From contig JAZRGA010000071.1 in assembly GCA_045643945.1 (NCBI GenBank), forward strand, positions 5,891-69,890: DNA of 64,000 nucleotides. The letters run 5' to 3'. Source of the DNA: Eubacteriales bacterium. Lineage in GTDB: Bacteria > Bacillota > Clostridia > Oscillospirales > CAG-272. Position numbers and translations under genes: made by a program. Shown piece after piece: positions 62,601 to 64,000 of this stretch (position 1 is its first letter; each line of letters starts with the position of its first letter). The notes beneath the pieces are model-generated. The model had not been told where the DNA came from. It did not search any database and was given only the letters and a program-made list of their open reading frames with translations.

Positions 62601-63917
62601 ATGAGATTAAAAACCAAAAGAATACTTAAAAGAGTCGCAACCGTTATCTGCGCCTTGCTTTTTGTTATTACTTGCCTCTGCTCCTGCAATATGGATAAGG
62701 AAACGGGTAACGATCTTTCAAGCGCACTTGACACGATAGCAAAGGAAAATGCTATGGCTAAGGCAACCTTAAAGGGTGGAAGTATAAGCTTTGCGGCAGA
62801 TGATTTTGCGAGAGCGACAAATCTTTCAAAAATAGACAGTATAACCGTTACAAAGCTCCCTCCGATAAGCGACGGAGAGCTTCGTGTAGGCTCAAGCGTG
62901 CTTACCTCGCCCCAGACCTTGAGCGCATCGAGCATAAAGCTCCTCTCCTATGAGCCAAAGGGAAGTATTGCTACGTCGGAATTTTATTTTACGGTAAACG
63001 GTGGAAGCACCGAGCTTTGCTGTAAGCTTTACGTCCTTGACGAAAAAAATTACGCTCCTACGCTTTCAAACGCATCTAAAAGCGCTCTTGAGGTAAGCAC
63101 CTTTGAAAACGTTTCCTTTTACGGTACGCTCCCTTGCTATGACCCCGACGGAGATAAGACGTATATCGAGGTGGTTTCCTATCCTAAAAAGGGACAGCTT
63201 ATTATAGATAATAAGGAAACCGGAGCATACAGATTTATTCCCAACGAGGATTTTAAAGGAAAGGATAGCTTTGTTTACGTTGCGCGTGATATTTACGGAA
63301 ATTACAGTCCGTCTGCAACCGTTAGCCTTAACGTAAAGGAAAGCGCGGTTTCGACAAGCTATATAGATCTTGTGGATAGCCGTTATCATAATGCCGCTAT
63401 TGCTATGACCGAAAAGGGAATAATGAGCGGAACGCAGATAGGTAGCTCGACTTATTTCTATCCCGCAAGAGAAATGAGCCGCGCGGAGTTTACCACTATG
63501 GCTATGCAAGCGGCAGGAATAAGTAAGCTTAATAATTCGAATGATAAGACTGTTTTTGCTGATGATTCTAAAATAGACGGTAGCTTTAAGCCATATATTG
63601 CCGCGGCTTACGACCTCGGATACATAAAGGGCGTTGAGAGGGACGGAAAGCTTTATTTCGAGGGGGAAAGAGCAATTACGAGAGCCGAGGCTGCGTGCTT
63701 ACTTTCTTCAATGCTTGATGCGGCTACTCCGACTATTGCTCCAAGCTTTGCGGATAAAACCGACGTTCCCTCTTGGGCAGAGGCATCTGTTAATGCTATG
63801 GCATATATGGGTGTTATGAGCAGTATTGAAAATAAAATATCTCCCCTCGCTTGCGTAACGAGAGGAGATGCCGCAGAAATTCTTTGGAATTTTATGAGGG
63901 TTAAAGAAAATTCATAG
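62601..63917 (+). CDS. Lipoprotein with an Ig/cadherin-like middle region and three C-terminal SLH domains
   Basis: 438 aa. Lipobox CLCSC. Example SLH pattern: FADKTDVPSWAEASVNAMAYMGVMSS. Confidence 0.7.
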   Translation: MRLKTKRILKRVATVICALLFVITCLCSCNMDKETGNDLSSALDTIAKENAMAKATLKGGSISFAADDFARATNLSKIDSITVTKLPPISDGELRVGSSVLTSPQTLSASSIKLLSYEPKGSIATSEFYFTVNGGSTELCCKLYVLDEKNYAPTLSNASKSALEVSTFENVSFYGTLPCYDPDGDKTYIEVVSYPKKGQLIIDNKETGAYRFIPNEDFKGKDSFVYVARDIYGNYSPSATVSLNVKESAVSTSYIDLVDSRYHNAAIAMTEKGIMSGTQIGSSTYFYPAREMSRAEFTTMAMQAAGISKLNNSNDKTVFADDSKIDGSFKPYIAAAYDLGYIKGVERDGKLYFEGERAITRAEAACLLSSMLDAATPTIAPSFADKTDVPSWAEASVNAMAYMGVMSSIENKISPLACVTRGDAAEILWNFMRVKENS

Positions 63918-63927
63918 TTTTTTGATG

Positions 63928-64000
63928 GTTAGCTTGTGTTAAGGATTTTTGCTACCTTTTTGAAAAAAGGTAGCGCCAAAAACTTTCAATCGGGGAATGT
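63928..64000. repeat. Copy of the intergenic repeat family, truncated by the window end
   Basis: The 51 nt from 63952 to 64002-equivalent match 53528-53575 and its flank (CTACCTTTTTGAAAAAAGGTAGCGCCAAAAACTTTCAATCGGGGAAT). The copy starts 10 nt after the stop codon. Confidence 0.85.

Overview
This is a 64-kb chromosomal segment from an endospore-forming Firmicute of class Clostridia. The gene content looks Oscillospiraceae/Ruminococcaceae-like, but that is inference only. I support about 60 protein genes. Housekeeping genes: holA 5' end, rplJ-rplL with an L10 leader, recG, a Trp T-box-controlled stand-alone trpB2, yceD-rpmF, nnrD, PFOR (nifJ), an acyl-CoA ligase, a complete spoIIIAA-AH operon, murB-whiA, coaE, prfA, tsaC/sua5, a ParC-like topoisomerase subunit, a galK-like kinase, a YycJ-like MBL protein with rlmH, and add. 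These are interleaved with many cell-envelope proteins: two ComEC-MBL-like lipoproteins, two BspA-type LRR lipoproteins, two GLUG-repeat proteins, an SLH lipoprotein and a giant peptidoglycan hydrolase. I recognise no tRNA, rRNA, CRISPR array, IS element, prophage or known defence system. The features most worth a second look are: (1) a modular, hairpin-rich intergenic repeat family at four loci, one of which can fold into a ~190-nt multi-hairpin composite; (2) a 17-bp perfect inverted repeat bracketing a 203-bp intergenic cassette; (3) a membrane-spanning J-domain/GLUG-repeat protein inside a small envelope gene cluster; (4) MBL-only ComEC-like lipoproteins, one at the comEC position beside holA and one in a three-gene phosphoesterase operon; (5) a Trp T-box that explains a false N-terminal ORF extension. 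All homology calls rest on motifs and synteny I recognise by eye. No searches were run.
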